DNA of 64,000 bases from NCBI RefSeq assembly GCF_044324785.1, contig NZ_CP172127.1; one strand, given 5' to 3'. Shown here one piece after another: positions 36,624 through 51,898 of the stretch (the stretch's first letter is position 1; the number at the start of each line of letters is the position of its first letter). The notes beneath the pieces were generated by a model. It ran no database searches, had not been told where the DNA came from, and saw nothing but the letters and a program-made list of their open reading frames with translations. Source of the DNA: Escherichia coli (GTDB lineage: Bacteria; Pseudomonadota; Gammaproteobacteria; Enterobacterales; Enterobacteriaceae). The translations under genes were made by a program, and so were the position numbers.

Positions 36624-36674
36624 TTAGTTCCCCGTCCTGAATCTTGAGAAACAGAATTTTGTGCTGTTATTCAT
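36624..36674 (-). CDS. ilvX: Small peptide IlvX, 16 aa
   Basis: Manually translated [16 protein letters not shown] between the attenuator and ilvG, matching the recalled ilvX peptide. Confidence 0.55.
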   Translation of the reverse strand: MNNSTKFCFSRFRTGN

Positions 36675-36703
36675 TGTCTGCTCCTCGGTTATGTTTTTAA
36701 GGT

Positions 36704-36736
36704 CAAAAAAAACCCCCGGACCTTTCGGTGCGGGGG
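36704..36736 (-). terminator. ilvLXGMEDA attenuator terminator
   Basis: CCCCCG / CGGGGG hairpin followed on the minus strand by U8, directly downstream of ilvL. Confidence 0.8.
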
Positions 36737-36760
36737 TCTTAGTTCGTTAAGGCTTGATCT

Positions 36761-36859
36761 CTAAGCCTTTCCTCGTCCAAGTGCAGCCCCGCACGGTGGG
36801 ATAATAATCACCACCACGCTAATCACGACCAGGCTAATCACTCGTAGAAGGGCTGTCAT
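36761..36859 (-). CDS. ilvL: ilv operon leader peptide, 32 aa, rich in Val, Ile and Leu
   Basis: Manually translated MTALLRVISLVVISVVVIIIPPCGAALGRGKA with runs of regulatory Ile/Val/Leu codons. Confidence 0.88.
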   Translation of the reverse strand: MTALLRVISLVVISVVVIIIPPCGAALGRGKA

Positions 36860-37211
36860 TTTGTCTTTTCTTGCATCTTGTTCGAAGGAATGCCTAAAGA
36901 GTTACCATAGATTTTGCGAATAGCACAAGATATTTTTTGGCCGATTTTTATGATGCGTTTAATAATTTCAATAGAAATTGTTGTTTTTTAAAAAGAAAAT
37001 AGTGAGTGAAAAAAATTCAATTTCAGTATAAATGTTGTTCCCTTCCTCGTAGTTCATCCTTTGTCCGCTGCATTTTTGCGAGCATCATTCCACCGCCAGA
37101 ACAACTCAACTTCACTTGCACAAATAAACAGGAATCAGCCACTAAAATTCACGAATTAGCGGGCTACAGCAGCGATATCTTATGCACATAATGGTGACTC
37201 AAGGAGGGCTT

Positions 37212-38732
37212 ATGTCACTGTCAATTGTTCATACCCGCGCAGCCCTGGGAGTAAATGCGCCCCCGATCACTGTTGAGGTACATATCAGTAAAGGTCTACC
37301 CGGCTTAACGATGGTGGGCTTACCAGAAACAACGGTAAAAGAAGCTCGCGATCACGTGCGCAGCGCCATTATCAATAGCGGATATGAATATCCGGCGAAA
37401 AAAATCACCATCAACCTGGCTCCAGCCGATCTGCCAAAAGAAGGGGGACGATATGATTTACCTATCGCCATTGCGTTGCTGGCGGCCTCAGAACAGCTTA
37501 CAGCCAATAAGTTAGATGAATATGAATTAGTCGGAGAACTGGCGCTTACAGGCGCTCTGCGTGGCGTTCCCGGCGCAATTTCCAGTGCAACTGAAGCTAT
37601 TAAGGCAGGTAGAAAAATTATCGTCGCGAAAGATAACGAAGATGAAGTGGGGCTAATTAACGGTGAAGGATGCCTGATAGCCGATCATCTGCAAGCTGTC
37701 TGTGCGTTTCTGGAAGGTAAGCACACTCTCGAACGCCCGAAACCAACTGATGCAATATCCCGGGCGCTACAACATGATCTCAGTGATGTTGTCGGTCAGG
37801 AGCAAGGAAAGCGAGGACTGGAAATTACCGCCGCTGGTGGGCACAACCTTTTACTGATTGGACCGCCGGGGACAGGTAAAACAATGCTCGCCAGCCGTAT
37901 TAATGGCCTGTTGCCAGATTTAAGCAATGAAGAGGCACTGGAGAGCGCTGCGATATTAAGTCTGGTAAATGCTGAATCAGTACAAAAACAATGGCGGCAG
38001 CGCCCGTTCCGCTCACCTCATCACAGTGCGTCGTTAACTGCGATGGTGGGCGGTGGTGCAATTCCAGGGCCAGGTGAAATTTCGCTGGCGCATAACGGCG
38101 TGCTTTTTCTTGATGAGTTACCTGAATTTGAACGGCGTACACTGGATGCCTTGCGAGAGCCGATTGAATCCGGGCAGATCCATCTTTCACGCACACGAGC
38201 AAAAATAACCTATCCAGCCCGTTTCCAGCTTGTCGCGGCGATGAATCCCAGCCCTACCGGACATTATCAGGGAAACCATAACCGCTGCACGCCAGAACAG
38301 ACATTACGTTATCTCAACCGGCTCTCGGGGCCCTTTCTCGACCGCTTCGATCTCTCACTGGAGATCCCATTACCACCCCCCGGCATTTTGAGTAAAACGG
38401 TAGTGCCGGGAGAAAGCAGCGCCACCGTTAAACAACGCGTAATGGCCGCCAGAGAGCGCCAATTTAAGCGGCAGAATAAACTGAACGCCTGGCTGGATAG
38501 TCCGGAAATACGCCAATTCTGCAAACTTGAGAGCGAAGATGCGATGTGGTTGGAAGGAACACTGATCCATCTGGGGTTATCGATTCGTGCCTGGCAGCGG
38601 TTATTGAAAGTTGCACGAACCATTGCTGATATTGATCAGTCTGACATTATCACACGTCAGCATTTGCAGGAGGCAGTTAGCTATCGTGCGATTGACCGTT
38701 TGCTCATCCATCTGCAAAAACTACTGACATAA
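37212..38732 (+). CDS. comM: Mg-chelatase-like AAA+ ATPase ComM (YifB), 506 aa
   Basis: Start at ATG preceded by AAGGAGGG Shine-Dalgarno (MSLSIVHTRAALGV...); Walker A GPPGTGKT. Confidence 0.9.
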   Translation: MSLSIVHTRAALGVNAPPITVEVHISKGLPGLTMVGLPETTVKEARDHVRSAIINSGYEYPAKKITINLAPADLPKEGGRYDLPIAIALLAASEQLTANKLDEYELVGELALTGALRGVPGAISSATEAIKAGRKIIVAKDNEDEVGLINGEGCLIADHLQAVCAFLEGKHTLERPKPTDAISRALQHDLSDVVGQEQGKRGLEITAAGGHNLLLIGPPGTGKTMLASRINGLLPDLSNEEALESAAILSLVNAESVQKQWRQRPFRSPHHSASLTAMVGGGAIPGPGEISLAHNGVLFLDELPEFERRTLDALREPIESGQIHLSRTRAKITYPARFQLVAAMNPSPTGHYQGNHNRCTPEQTLRYLNRLSGPFLDRFDLSLEIPLPPPGILSKTVVPGESSATVKQRVMAARERQFKRQNKLNAWLDSPEIRQFCKLESEDAMWLEGTLIHLGLSIRAWQRLLKVARTIADIDQSDIITRQHLQEAVSYRAIDRLLIHLQKLLT

Positions 38733-38756
38733 AAAAAGGGCATTTCGCCCTTTTTA

Positions 38757-39095
38757 TTAATCGTCAGAATCGGTGTAGTCTTCAGCACCTTCAACCTGCG
38801 GTTTACCGCCGGAAAGGGTGTGAAAACGTTTTGGACGCTTGATACGCGTCATATACTTGGACCACACGCGTTCTGCTTCTGTCACTGGCTCACGTTCGCC
38901 ACGGCATACTGCTACGAAGAGTTTCTCTTCCTCGGTAACCGGCTCGCGTTTGCCAAGATCCAACTCATTGAAGGCATAACCATGACGCTCAAGCAGTTGT
39001 GCCTCTTTGATGGTGAAATCACCATGACGAGAGAATCCACGTGGATAATGTTTATTGTCGAAATATCGATTAGTCGTCGTAAAGCTTTCCGCCAT
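38757..39095 (-). CDS. maoP: Macrodomain Ori protein MaoP (YifE), 112 aa
   Basis: 112 aa ORF, divergent from hdfR, by synteny. Confidence 0.88.
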   Translation of the reverse strand: MAESFTTTNRYFDNKHYPRGFSRHGDFTIKEAQLLERHGYAFNELDLGKREPVTEEEKLFVAVCRGEREPVTEAERVWSKYMTRIKRPKRFHTLSGGKPQVEGAEDYTDSDD

Positions 39096-39213
39096 CCTGC
39101 ACGCTCCTAATTCTTTGACCGAGCTAGTTATGGCGCGGAGTATTAGTTACGCTTGACAGAGTGTAAAACAAAACATTTAAATCATAACGACAAATAATTT
39201 TGCGGAGAGCACT

Positions 39214-40053
39214 GTGGATACGGAATTGTTAAAAACTTTCCTGGAAGTTAGCCGAACGCGTCACTTTGGTCGAGCGGCTGAATCGCTCTATCTGACCCAG
39301 TCAGCAGTGAGCTTTCGAATCAGACAACTGGAAAATCAACTGGGTGTGAACCTTTTCACCCGCCACAGAAACAATATCCGTTTAACCGCTGCCGGTGAAA
39401 AACTACTTCCTTACGCAGAAACGCTCATGAGCACCTGGCAGGCCGCCCGTAAGGAGGTGGCGCATACCTCACGACATAACGAGTTTTCTATCGGTGCCAG
39501 CGCCTCGTTGTGGGAATGTATGCTTAATCAGTGGCTGGGACGCTTGTATCAAAATCAGGATGCCCATACAGGTTTACAGTTCGAAGCGCGAATTGCCCAA
39601 CGGCAGTCTCTGGTAAAACAGCTGCATGAACGCCAGCTTGATCTTCTTATTACTACTGAAGCGCCCAAAATGGACGAATTTAGCAGTCAGTTGCTGGGGT
39701 ATTTCACTTTAGCGCTTTATACCAGTGCCCCTTCCAAACTTAAGGGAGATCTTAACTATCTGCGACTGGAATGGGGGCCAGATTTTCAACAGCATGAGGC
39801 AGGTTTGATCGGTGCTGACGAAGTTCCCATTCTGACAACCAGTTCTGCTGAACTGGCACAGCAACAGATTGCGACGCTTAATGGTTGCACCTGGCTACCC
39901 GTCAGTTGGGCGCGTAAAAAGGGCGGCCTGCATACCGTTGTCGATAGCACAACACTTTCACGGCCGCTTTATGCCATATGGCTGCAAAATAGCGATAAAA
40001 ATGCGTTGATTCGCGATCTATTGAAAATTAACGTGCTGGATGAAGTGTATTAA
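39214..40053 (+). CDS. hdfR: LysR-type transcriptional regulator HdfR, 279 aa
   Basis: 279 aa ORF with N-terminal LysR helix-turn-helix. Confidence 0.92.
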   Translation: MDTELLKTFLEVSRTRHFGRAAESLYLTQSAVSFRIRQLENQLGVNLFTRHRNNIRLTAAGEKLLPYAETLMSTWQAARKEVAHTSRHNEFSIGASASLWECMLNQWLGRLYQNQDAHTGLQFEARIAQRQSLVKQLHERQLDLLITTEAPKMDEFSSQLLGYFTLALYTSAPSKLKGDLNYLRLEWGPDFQQHEAGLIGADEVPILTTSSAELAQQQIATLNGCTWLPVSWARKKGGLHTVVDSTTLSRPLYAIWLQNSDKNALIRDLLKINVLDEVY

Positions 40054-40111
40054 TCTGAATGGCTGGCAAGGATGCCGGTAGAAGGATTTACTTCGGAGAG
40101 GTTATTTCAGA

Positions 40112-40140
40112 TAAAAAAAATCCTTAGCTTTCGCTAAGGA
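40112..40140 (-). terminator. Intrinsic terminator at the distal end of rrnC
   Basis: TCCTTAGC / GCTAAGGA stem with TTTC loop followed on the minus strand by U8. Confidence 0.7.
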
Positions 40141-40147
40141 TGATTTC

Positions 40148-40223
40148 TGGCAGGGGCGGAGAGACTCGAACTCCCAACACCCGGTTTTGGAGACCGGTGC
40201 TCTACCAATTGAACTACGCCCCT
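40148..40223 (-). tRNA. trpT: tRNA-Trp (anticodon CCA)
   Basis: AGGGGCGUAGUUCAAUUGGUAGAGCACCGGUCUCCAAAACCGGGUGUUGGGAGUUCGAGUCUCUCCGCCCCUGCCA on the minus strand. Confidence 0.95.
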
Positions 40224-40231
40224 AATTAGGG

Positions 40232-40308
40232 TGGCGGAACGGACGGGACTCGAACCCGCGACCCCCTGCGTGACAGGCAGGTATTCTAACCGACTGAACT
40301 ACCGCTCC
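40232..40308 (-). tRNA. aspT: tRNA-Asp (anticodon GUC)
   Basis: GGAGCGGUAGUUCAGUCGGUUAGAAUACCUGCCUGUCACGCAGGGGGUCGCGGGUUCGAGUCCCGUCCGUUCCGCCA on the minus strand. Confidence 0.95.
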
Positions 40309-40360
40309 ACCGAATTCTTTTACAACCACCGGTTTTATGACCGGCTTACTGCTTAATTTG

Positions 40361-40480
40361 ATGCCTGGCAGTTCCCTACTCTCGCATGGGGAGACCCCAC
40401 ACTACCATCGGCGCTACGGCGTTTCACTTCTGAGTTCGGCATGGGGTCAGGTGGGACCACCGCGCTACGGCCGCCAGGCA
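40361..40480 (-). rRNA. rrfC: 5S ribosomal RNA, 120 nt
   Basis: Reverse complement begins UGCCUGGCGGCCGUAGCGCGGUGGUCCCACCUGACCCCAUGCCGAACUCAG... and ends ...CUGCCAGGCAU. Confidence 0.95.
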
Positions 40481-40573
40481 AATTCTGTTTCATCAGACCG
40501 CTTCTGCGTTCTGATTTAATCTGTATCAGGCTGAAAATCTTCTCTCAATCCGCCAAAACAGCTTCGGCGTTGT

Positions 40574-43478
<2,905 letters not shown>

Positions 43479-43671
43479 TCACAACCCGAAGATGTTTCTT
43501 TCGATTCATCATCGTGTTGCAAAAATTTGAGAGACTCACGAACAACTTTCGTTGTTCAGTGTTTCAATTTTCAGCTTGATCCAGATTTTTAAAGAGCAAA
43601 TATCTCAAACATCACCCGAAGATGAGTTTTGAGATATCAAGGCAGGTGACTTTCACTCACAAACCAGCAAG

Positions 43672-43747
43672 TGGCGTCCCCTAGGGGATTCGAACCCCTG
43701 TTACCGCCGTGAAAGGGCGGTGTCCTGGGCCTCTAGACGAAGGGGAC
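43672..43747 (-). tRNA. gltU: Spacer tRNA-Glu (anticodon UUC)
   Basis: GUCCCCUUCGUCUAGAGGCCCAGGACACCGCCCUUUCACGGCGGUAACAGGGGUUCGAAUCCCCUAGGGGACGCCA on the minus strand. Confidence 0.95.
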
Positions 43748-43832
43748 GTATCAGTCTGCTTCGCAAGACGCCTTGCTTTTCACTTTCTATCAGACAATCT
43801 GTGTGAGCACTACAAAGAACGCTTCTTTAAGG

Positions 43833-45374
<1,542 letters not shown>

Positions 45375-45498
45375 AAAAGTTTGATGCTCAAAGAATTAAA
45401 CTTCGTAATGAATTACGTGTTCACTCTTGAGACTTGGTATTCATTTTTCGTCTTGCGACGTTAAGAATCCGTATCTTCGAGTGCCCACACAGATTGTC

Positions 45499-45518
45499 TG
45501 ATAAATTGTTAAAGAGCA
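45499..45518 (-). promoter_or_regulatory. rrn leader boxA antitermination element
   Basis: Minus strand reads UGCUCUUUAACAAUUUAUCA, the rrn boxA consensus. Confidence 0.65.
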
Positions 45519-45555
45519 GTGCCGCTTCGCTTTTTCTCAGCGGCGCGGGGTGTGC

Positions 45556-45583
45556 ATAATACGCTTTCCCGCTACAGAGTCAA
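45556..45583 (-). promoter_or_regulatory. rrnC P2 promoter (-35 TTGACT, 16 bp, -10 TATTAT)
   Basis: Hexamers read on the minus strand with 16-bp spacing. Confidence 0.7.
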
Positions 45584-45674
45584 GCATTTATTTTTGCTTT
45601 CTCTGCCGGAATTCTCAGGAGAACCCCGCTGACCCGGCGGCGTGTTTGCCGTTGTTCCGTGTCAGTGGTGGCGC

Positions 45675-45725
45675 ATTATAGGGAGTTATTCCGGCCTGAC
45701 AAGAGGAAATTTAAAATAATTTTCC
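45675..45725 (-). promoter_or_regulatory. rrnC P1 promoter (-35 TTGTCA, 16 bp, -10 TATAAT, GCGC discriminator) with upstream AT-rich UP element
   Basis: Minus strand reads TTGTCAGGCCGGAATAACTCCCTATAATGCGCCACCACTG, preceded by AGAAAATTATTTTAAATTTCC. Confidence 0.8.
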
Positions 45726-45854
45726 GACCGCGCATTTTTTCAGCAAAAGCCCCGTTAATGTGCCATAAAACAAGCAATTTGCCGTTTTTGCAACCGTAAT
45801 CACACTTCCTGGTGGCATACTAAGGAGGAATAAAAAGAAAAAGGAAGATTAGTA

Positions 45855-46547
45855 ATGCCTTTAAGCGCACAACAGTTAGCTGCACAGAAAAACCTTTCGT
45901 ATGTTCTGGCTGAGAAGCTGGCGCAACGCATCTTAAAAGGTGAATATGAACCCGGCACCATTTTGCCTGGTGAGATTGAGCTGGGCGAGCAATTTGGAGT
46001 GAGTCGTACAGCGGTACGCGAAGCGGTCAAAACGTTAACGGCAAAAGGGATGGTTTTACCGCGACCGCGAATTGGTACCCGGGTCATGCCACAATCAAAC
46101 TGGAATTTTCTTGATCAGGAATTGCTTACCTGGTGGATGACAGAAGAGAACTTTCATCAGGTCATCGATCACTTTCTGGTTATGCGTATCTGTCTGGAGC
46201 CGCAAGCTTGCCTACTGGCAGCAATGGTTGGCACCGCGGAACAGAAGGCGCATCTCAATACGTTAATGGCCGAAATGGCGGCATTAAAAGAGAACTTTCG
46301 CCGTGAACGCTGGATCGAAGTCGATATGGCCTGGCATGAGCATATCTATGAAATGAGCGCCAATCCGTTTTTGACCTCATTCGCCTCGCTCTTCCATTCG
46401 GTTTATCACACTTACTTCACGTCAATTACCAGCGACACAGTGATAAAGCTGGATCTGCATCAGGCGATTGTCGATGCGATTATCCAAAGCGATGGCGACG
46501 CGGCATTTAAAGCTTGTCAGGCGCTGCTACGCTCACCTGATAAGTGA
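45855..46547 (+). CDS. yieP: GntR/FadR-family transcriptional regulator YieP, 230 aa
   Basis: 230 aa ORF with N-terminal winged helix-turn-helix. Confidence 0.88.
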   Translation: MPLSAQQLAAQKNLSYVLAEKLAQRILKGEYEPGTILPGEIELGEQFGVSRTAVREAVKTLTAKGMVLPRPRIGTRVMPQSNWNFLDQELLTWWMTEENFHQVIDHFLVMRICLEPQACLLAAMVGTAEQKAHLNTLMAEMAALKENFRRERWIEVDMAWHEHIYEMSANPFLTSFASLFHSVYHTYFTSITSDTVIKLDLHQAIVDAIIQSDGDAAFKACQALLRSPDK

Positions 46548-46569
46548 TAACCCGATAACAGGACATTGA

Positions 46570-47997
46570 ATGAGCGATAAAAAGAAGCGCAGTATGGCGG
46601 GTTTGCCGTGGATCGCGGCGATGGCCTTCTTCATGCAGGCACTTGATGCCACTATTCTGAATACCGCCTTACCCGCAATCGCTCATAGCCTTAATCGTTC
46701 TCCTCTCGCGATGCAATCAGCCATCATCAGTTATACGCTGACGGTGGCGATGCTTATTCCGGTAAGCGGATGGCTAGCCGATCGCTTCGGTACGCGTCGC
46801 ATTTTTACCCTTGCCGTGAGTCTGTTCACATTGGGTTCTCTGGCCTGCGCACTTTCTAATTCGCTACCACAGCTGGTTGTCTTCCGGGTTATTCAGGGGA
46901 TAGGCGGCGCAATGATGATGCCTGTTGCTCGGCTGGCCTTACTGCGCGCTTATCCTCGTAATGAACTTCTTCCAGTATTGAATTTTGTCGCCATGCCGGG
47001 TCTGGTGGGGCCAATTTTAGGCCCCGTTCTTGGCGGCGTGCTGGTCACCTGGGCAACCTGGCACTGGATATTTTTAATCAATATCCCCATAGGTATTGCG
47101 GGCCTTCTTTACGCGCGCAAACATATGCCCAATTTCACCACCGCACGACGCAGATTCGATATCACTGGCTTTTTGCTGTTTGGCCTCAGCCTTGTTCTCT
47201 TCTCAAGCGGAATAGAGCTATTCGGGGAAAAGATTGTCGCCAGCTGGATTGCCTTGACGGTAATTGTCACCAGCATCGGGTTACTGCTTCTCTATATTCT
47301 CCATGCACGACGCACGCCAAACCCATTAATTTCATTAGATTTATTTAAAACCCGCACTTTCTCGATCGGTATCGTAGGCAATATTGCAACCCGTCTGGGG
47401 ACCGGCTGTGTACCGTTCCTTATGCCATTGATGTTACAGGTAGGATTTGGTTATCAGGCGTTTATTGCCGGCTGTATGATGGCACCGACAGCGTTAGGTT
47501 CCATTATTGCAAAATCGATGGTTACCCAAGTCTTACGTCGTCTGGGCTATCGCCATACGTTAGTGGGGATCACGGTGATTATTGGGCTAATGATCGCTCA
47601 GTTCTCTTTGCAATCACCAGCAATGGCGATATGGATGCTGATCTTGCCGTTGTTTATATTAGGGATGGCTATGTCGACGCAATTTACCGCAATGAATACC
47701 ATCACACTTGCCGATCTGACCGATGACAACGCCAGCAGCGGTAACAGTGTTCTGGCGGTCACGCAGCAACTGTCTATCAGTTTAGGCGTTGCTGTAAGTG
47801 CGGCCGTCCTTCGCGTTTATGAAGGGATGGAAGGCACAACGACTGTCGAACAATTCCACTATACGTTTATCACGATGGGCATTATTACTGTTGCTTCAGC
47901 AGCAATGTTCATGCTTCTGAAAACAACCGATGGTAATAATTTGATCAAAAGACAGCGTAAATCTAAGCCGAACCGCGTTCCATCAGAATCGGAGTAA
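46570..47997 (+). CDS. hsrA: MFS-family efflux transporter HsrA (YieO), 475 aa
   Basis: 475 aa 14-TMS-type MFS ORF. Confidence 0.9.
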
Positions 47998-48955
47998 GTT
48001 GTAATCGTTGTTGCTGAAGGGTCGGTTGGGTTATCCGATGGATGAGTACATCAATCGCCAGCTCCCCTAGTTCATCTTTCGGTTGGTGGATAGTGGTTAA
48101 TGGTGGCGTCATAAAGCTTGCCAGTTCGATATCGTCATAGCCAATCACCGCGATATCCTGCGGAACTTGTAACTCTGCCTGATACAGCGCCTGGTAAACG
48201 CCAACAGCCATAGCGTCATTTCCGGTAAAGACGGCCTGAGGACGCAGCGGATGTAATAACAGTTGGCGCATAGCGTCAAACCCGCCGTTAAATTCAAAAT
48301 CACCAGTGACTTCATAGCCATCAGGAATGTTGAGACCCGCACGTTTCATCGCCGCCCGATAACCTTCCAACCGCAGGCGTGCCGGAGTTTTATCCAGCGG
48401 GCCGGTAATACAGGCGATACGGGTATGACCTTTATCGATCAGATATTGCGTTGCTAAGTCTCCGCCCAGCAACGAGTTATCCTGTATAAGATCGCTGTCG
48501 CCATCGAACGGAGCCCAGTCCATCATCACAGTAGGCACTGTCGGATAACGTTGCATGATTTCACGCGAAGGTTGATGCGTTTCGGTGCACAGTAACAGCA
48601 AGCCATCAACGCGTTTTTGCATCAGCGTTTCCAGATTGCGATTCATCCGCTGTTCATCGCCTTCGGTATTGCAAAGGACGAGACTATAACCGCGTTCGAA
48701 GCAGCTGCGTTCAACGCCACGCACCAGTTCTGAATAGAAAGGATTGGTACTGGCAGTGATCAACATGCCAATGGTATGTGTTTGATTGAGTTTGAGGCTA
48801 CGCGCCAGGGCTGATGGCGCGTAATTGAGTTCTTTAATCGCCGCTTCAACTTTGGCGGTAATCGCTTCACTGACGAAGCGATCTTTATTGATAACGTGAG
48901 AAACTGTTGAGGTAGAAACGCCCGCCAGGCGGGCAACATCTTTCATTGTAGCCAA
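47963..48955 (-). CDS. rbsR: Ribose operon repressor RbsR (LacI family), 330 aa
   Basis: N-terminal [23 protein letters not shown] helix-turn-helix; 3' end overlaps the hsrA 3' end by 35 bp. Confidence 0.93.
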
Positions 48956-48958
48956 GCG

Positions 48959-49888
48959 TCACCTCTGCCTGTCTAAAAATGCGTCGATCTCTTCACGCCA
49001 CGGTACGGAAGGTTGTGCGCCTTTACGTGTTACGGCAATCGCAGCGGCAGCATGGGCAAACCGAATCGCCTCTGGCAATGGTTTTTCTTCCAGCAACGCC
49101 GTGATTAACGCGCCGTTAAAGGTATCTCCGGCAGCAATGGTATCGACAGCCTGCACCCGGAATCCAGGAACGCGCTGACCTTCACCATTCACGCTAGCCC
49201 ATACACCACGACTTCCTAAAGTAATCAGTACAGTACGGATACCTTTTTCATGCAGTACCTGCGCCGCCTTCGCTGCATCTTCATCATTTTCAACACGAAT
49301 ACCGGTGAGCTTTTCTGCTTCCGTTTCGTTTGGCGTAATAATGTCCACCAGCGCCAGCAGTTCGTCAGGAAGTTCGCGAGCCGGAGCCGGGTTAAGCGCA
49401 ACGATAGTCTTATTTTGATGGGCGATTTTCGCCGCTGCCTTCACACTTTCGAGTGGTGATTCCAGCTGCATTAATAATGCTGACGCGTTGGCAATACGCT
49501 CACGTTGCGCTTCCACCAGCGCCGGGGAAAGGGCAGCATTAGCGCCGGCATGAATACCGATGACATTCTCACCTTCGCCATTAACAAAAATCAGCGCCAC
49601 ACCTGTTGATTCGCCTTTGATCACGCTGACCGGAGAAATATCAATGTTATCAGTGGCGAGCTGCTGGCGAACGCTCTCACCAATACTGTCATCACCCGTA
49701 CAGGCAATAAACGCGATATTCGCACCGCTACGCCCAGCAGCCACAGCCTGATTAGCGCCTTTGCCGCCAAATGCAACCTGATAGTGGTTACCGGTTACGG
49801 TTTCGCCTGGAGTAGGAAAAGATTGAAGATTAAGAATGTGGTCAGCATTAATGCTGCCAAGAACAACGAGGCTGCCTGCGTTTTGCAT
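48959..49888 (-). CDS. rbsK: Ribokinase, 309 aa
   Basis: Start at MQNAGSLVVLGSINADHIL...; the ORF track adds 9 codons. Confidence 0.92.
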   Translation of the reverse strand: MQNAGSLVVLGSINADHILNLQSFPTPGETVTGNHYQVAFGGKGANQAVAAGRSGANIAFIACTGDDSIGESVRQQLATDNIDISPVSVIKGESTGVALIFVNGEGENVIGIHAGANAALSPALVEAQRERIANASALLMQLESPLESVKAAAKIAHQNKTIVALNPAPARELPDELLALVDIITPNETEAEKLTGIRVENDEDAAKAAQVLHEKGIRTVLITLGSRGVWASVNGEGQRVPGFRVQAVDTIAAGDTFNGALITALLEEKPLPEAIRFAHAAAAIAVTRKGAQPSVPWREEIDAFLDRQR

Positions 49889-49908
49889 ATTCGGGATGTC
49901 CATAAAAT

Positions 49909-49931
49909 GCGCCACCGTGTTAGGGTGGCGC
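49909..49931 (-). terminator. Strong hairpin in the rbsB 3' UTR / rbsB-rbsK spacer
   Basis: GCGCCACC / GGTGGCGC stem with 7-nt loop followed on the minus strand by AUUUUAU. Confidence 0.45.
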
Positions 49932-50013
49932 GTGCCCTGCTTTTCTTTATATTACACGTTCATCTGTCGATGACGTATTTATGTCACCATCAGGTCATAC
50001 AACCTGATTAAAA

Positions 50014-50904
50014 CTACTGCTTAACAACCAGTTTCAGATCAACCGGATACTTAGCCTGAACTTTCTCGCCTTTCAGCACTTTATCTGCGGTTTCGACGCC
50101 TTTCGCGCCAATCTGATCGGGTAGCTGAGCGATAGTCGCTGCTAGTTTGCCATCATTCACCGCTTTTTCGCCATCCGGTGTACCGTCAAATCCGACGACC
50201 ATCACATCCGATTTACCGGCAGTTTGCAGCGCGCGCAGCGCGCCCAGCGCCATTTCATCATTCTGCGCGAATACAGCCTGAACATCCGGATGTGCGGTCA
50301 ACAGGTTCTGCATTACGTTCAAACCTTTAGTGCGATCAAAATCTGCTGGCTGGCTGGCAAGAACATTAAACTTGTGAGCAGCAACGGCCTGCTGGAAGCC
50401 TTCGCCACGTTCACGGGCTGCGGATGTACCAGCAATGCCTTGCAGCTCGATAACTTTGGCACCTTCGCCCGCTTTCTTCGCGATGTAATCACCGGCGATT
50501 TTGCCGCCCAGTACGTTATCAGAAGCAATGTGGCTCACCACTTCACCTTTCGTTGCCTGGCGGTCAAGAGTGATAACCGGGATGTTCGCCTGGTTAGCCA
50601 TCTTCACAGCATTACCCACTGCGTCGGAGTCGGTCGGGTTAATCAGCAGAATTTTGGTGCCGCGAACGGTTAAGTCCTGCACGTTCGCCAGCTCTTTCGC
50701 CGGGTTGTTCTGGGAGTCCAGCACCACCAGGTTATAGCCAAGTTTATCCGCCTCTTTCTGCGCGCCATCTTTCAGCGATACAAAGAACGGGTTGTTAAGC
50801 GTGGAGACCACCAGCGCGATGGTGTCTTTTGCCATCGCATTCGCACTGACGGTGGCGCTTAGCGCAACAGCGGAAACCAGGGTAGCCAGTTTTTTCATGT
50901 TCAT
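50014..50904 (-). CDS. rbsB: Periplasmic ribose-binding protein, 296 aa
   Basis: Start at [23 protein letters not shown] (signal peptide); the ORF track adds 2 codons. Confidence 0.93.
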   Translation of the reverse strand: MNMKKLATLVSAVALSATVSANAMAKDTIALVVSTLNNPFFVSLKDGAQKEADKLGYNLVVLDSQNNPAKELANVQDLTVRGTKILLINPTDSDAVGNAVKMANQANIPVITLDRQATKGEVVSHIASDNVLGGKIAGDYIAKKAGEGAKVIELQGIAGTSAARERGEGFQQAVAAHKFNVLASQPADFDRTKGLNVMQNLLTAHPDVQAVFAQNDEMALGALRALQTAGKSDVMVVGFDGTPDGEKAVNDGKLAATIAQLPDQIGAKGVETADKVLKGEKVQAKYPVDLKLVVKQ

Positions 50905-50928
50905 ATTCAAGATGTCCTGTAGTCGTTA

Positions 50929-51894
50929 TTACTGCTTTTTGTTGTCTACCAGCACCGCCAGCAAAATCACCACCGCTTTGACGATCATCTGGTAATAGGA
51001 GGAAACACCTAACAAATTCAATCCATTATTAAGGAAGCCAAGAATTAATGCGCCGATCAACGTCCCAACAATGCGACCTTTTCCGCCCGCCAGACTCGTA
51101 CCGCCCAGAACCACCGCAGCAATAGCATCCAGCTCATAGCCAGTCCCCGCCGTAGGTTGTGCGGAGGAGAGACGCGCCACTTCAATGATCCCGGCCAGCG
51201 ATGCCAGCAGACCACAAAGAGAATAGACGATGATTTTGATTTTATTGACGTTGATACCAGAAAGGCGCGTTGCCGCTTCGTTGCCGCCCAGCGCGTAGAT
51301 GTAACGCCCCAGACGCGTGTGATGCAGCATGTACCAGACCGCGAGGAACACAATCCCCATGATCCAGACTGGCGTCGGTACGCCCAGCGGACGACCAATA
51401 CCAAACCAGCCAAACAGATCGGCGTTCTCAGTAAAGCCGGTATTCACTGGGCTACCATTGGTATAAACCATGGTCACGCCGCGCAGTAAAAGCATCATAA
51501 CCAGCGTAGCGATAAACGCCTGGACGCGACCTTTCGCTACAATCACCCCGGTTACCGCACCAATTGCGGCACCTAACGCGAGAGCGGCAGCGACAGCCAC
51601 CAGCGCATTGACTTCAATGCCGACGATAGATGCAGCAACTGCGCCGGTCAGCGCCAACAGAGAACCTACCGACAAGTCGATACCCGACGTCAGGATCACC
51701 AGCGTCATCCCGACCGCCATAATGGCGTTCACCGAGGTTTGCTGGAGAATATTGAATAAGTTATTGATGGTGAAAAAGTTCGGACTTAACGTCGAGACAA
51801 TCGCGATCAGCACCAGCAGAGCGATAAGCGATTTCTGCTCCATCAGCCACGCTTTCGTGAAATAACGGCGACCAGAGACAGTCTGGGTTGTCAT
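50929..51894 (-). CDS. rbsC: Ribose ABC transporter permease, 321 aa
   Basis: 321 aa polytopic ORF. Confidence 0.93.
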   Translation of the reverse strand: MTTQTVSGRRYFTKAWLMEQKSLIALLVLIAIVSTLSPNFFTINNLFNILQQTSVNAIMAVGMTLVILTSGIDLSVGSLLALTGAVAASIVGIEVNALVAVAAALALGAAIGAVTGVIVAKGRVQAFIATLVMMLLLRGVTMVYTNGSPVNTGFTENADLFGWFGIGRPLGVPTPVWIMGIVFLAVWYMLHHTRLGRYIYALGGNEAATRLSGINVNKIKIIVYSLCGLLASLAGIIEVARLSSAQPTAGTGYELDAIAAVVLGGTSLAGGKGRIVGTLIGALILGFLNNGLNLLGVSSYYQMIVKAVVILLAVLVDNKKQ

Positions 51895-51898
51895 TTTT

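Noticed and set aside
45800-46087. 95-aa minus-strand ORF overlapping the yieP 5' end and the rrnC upstream region
   Set aside because: Overlaps the UP/Fis region and the yieP start in antisense; no support.
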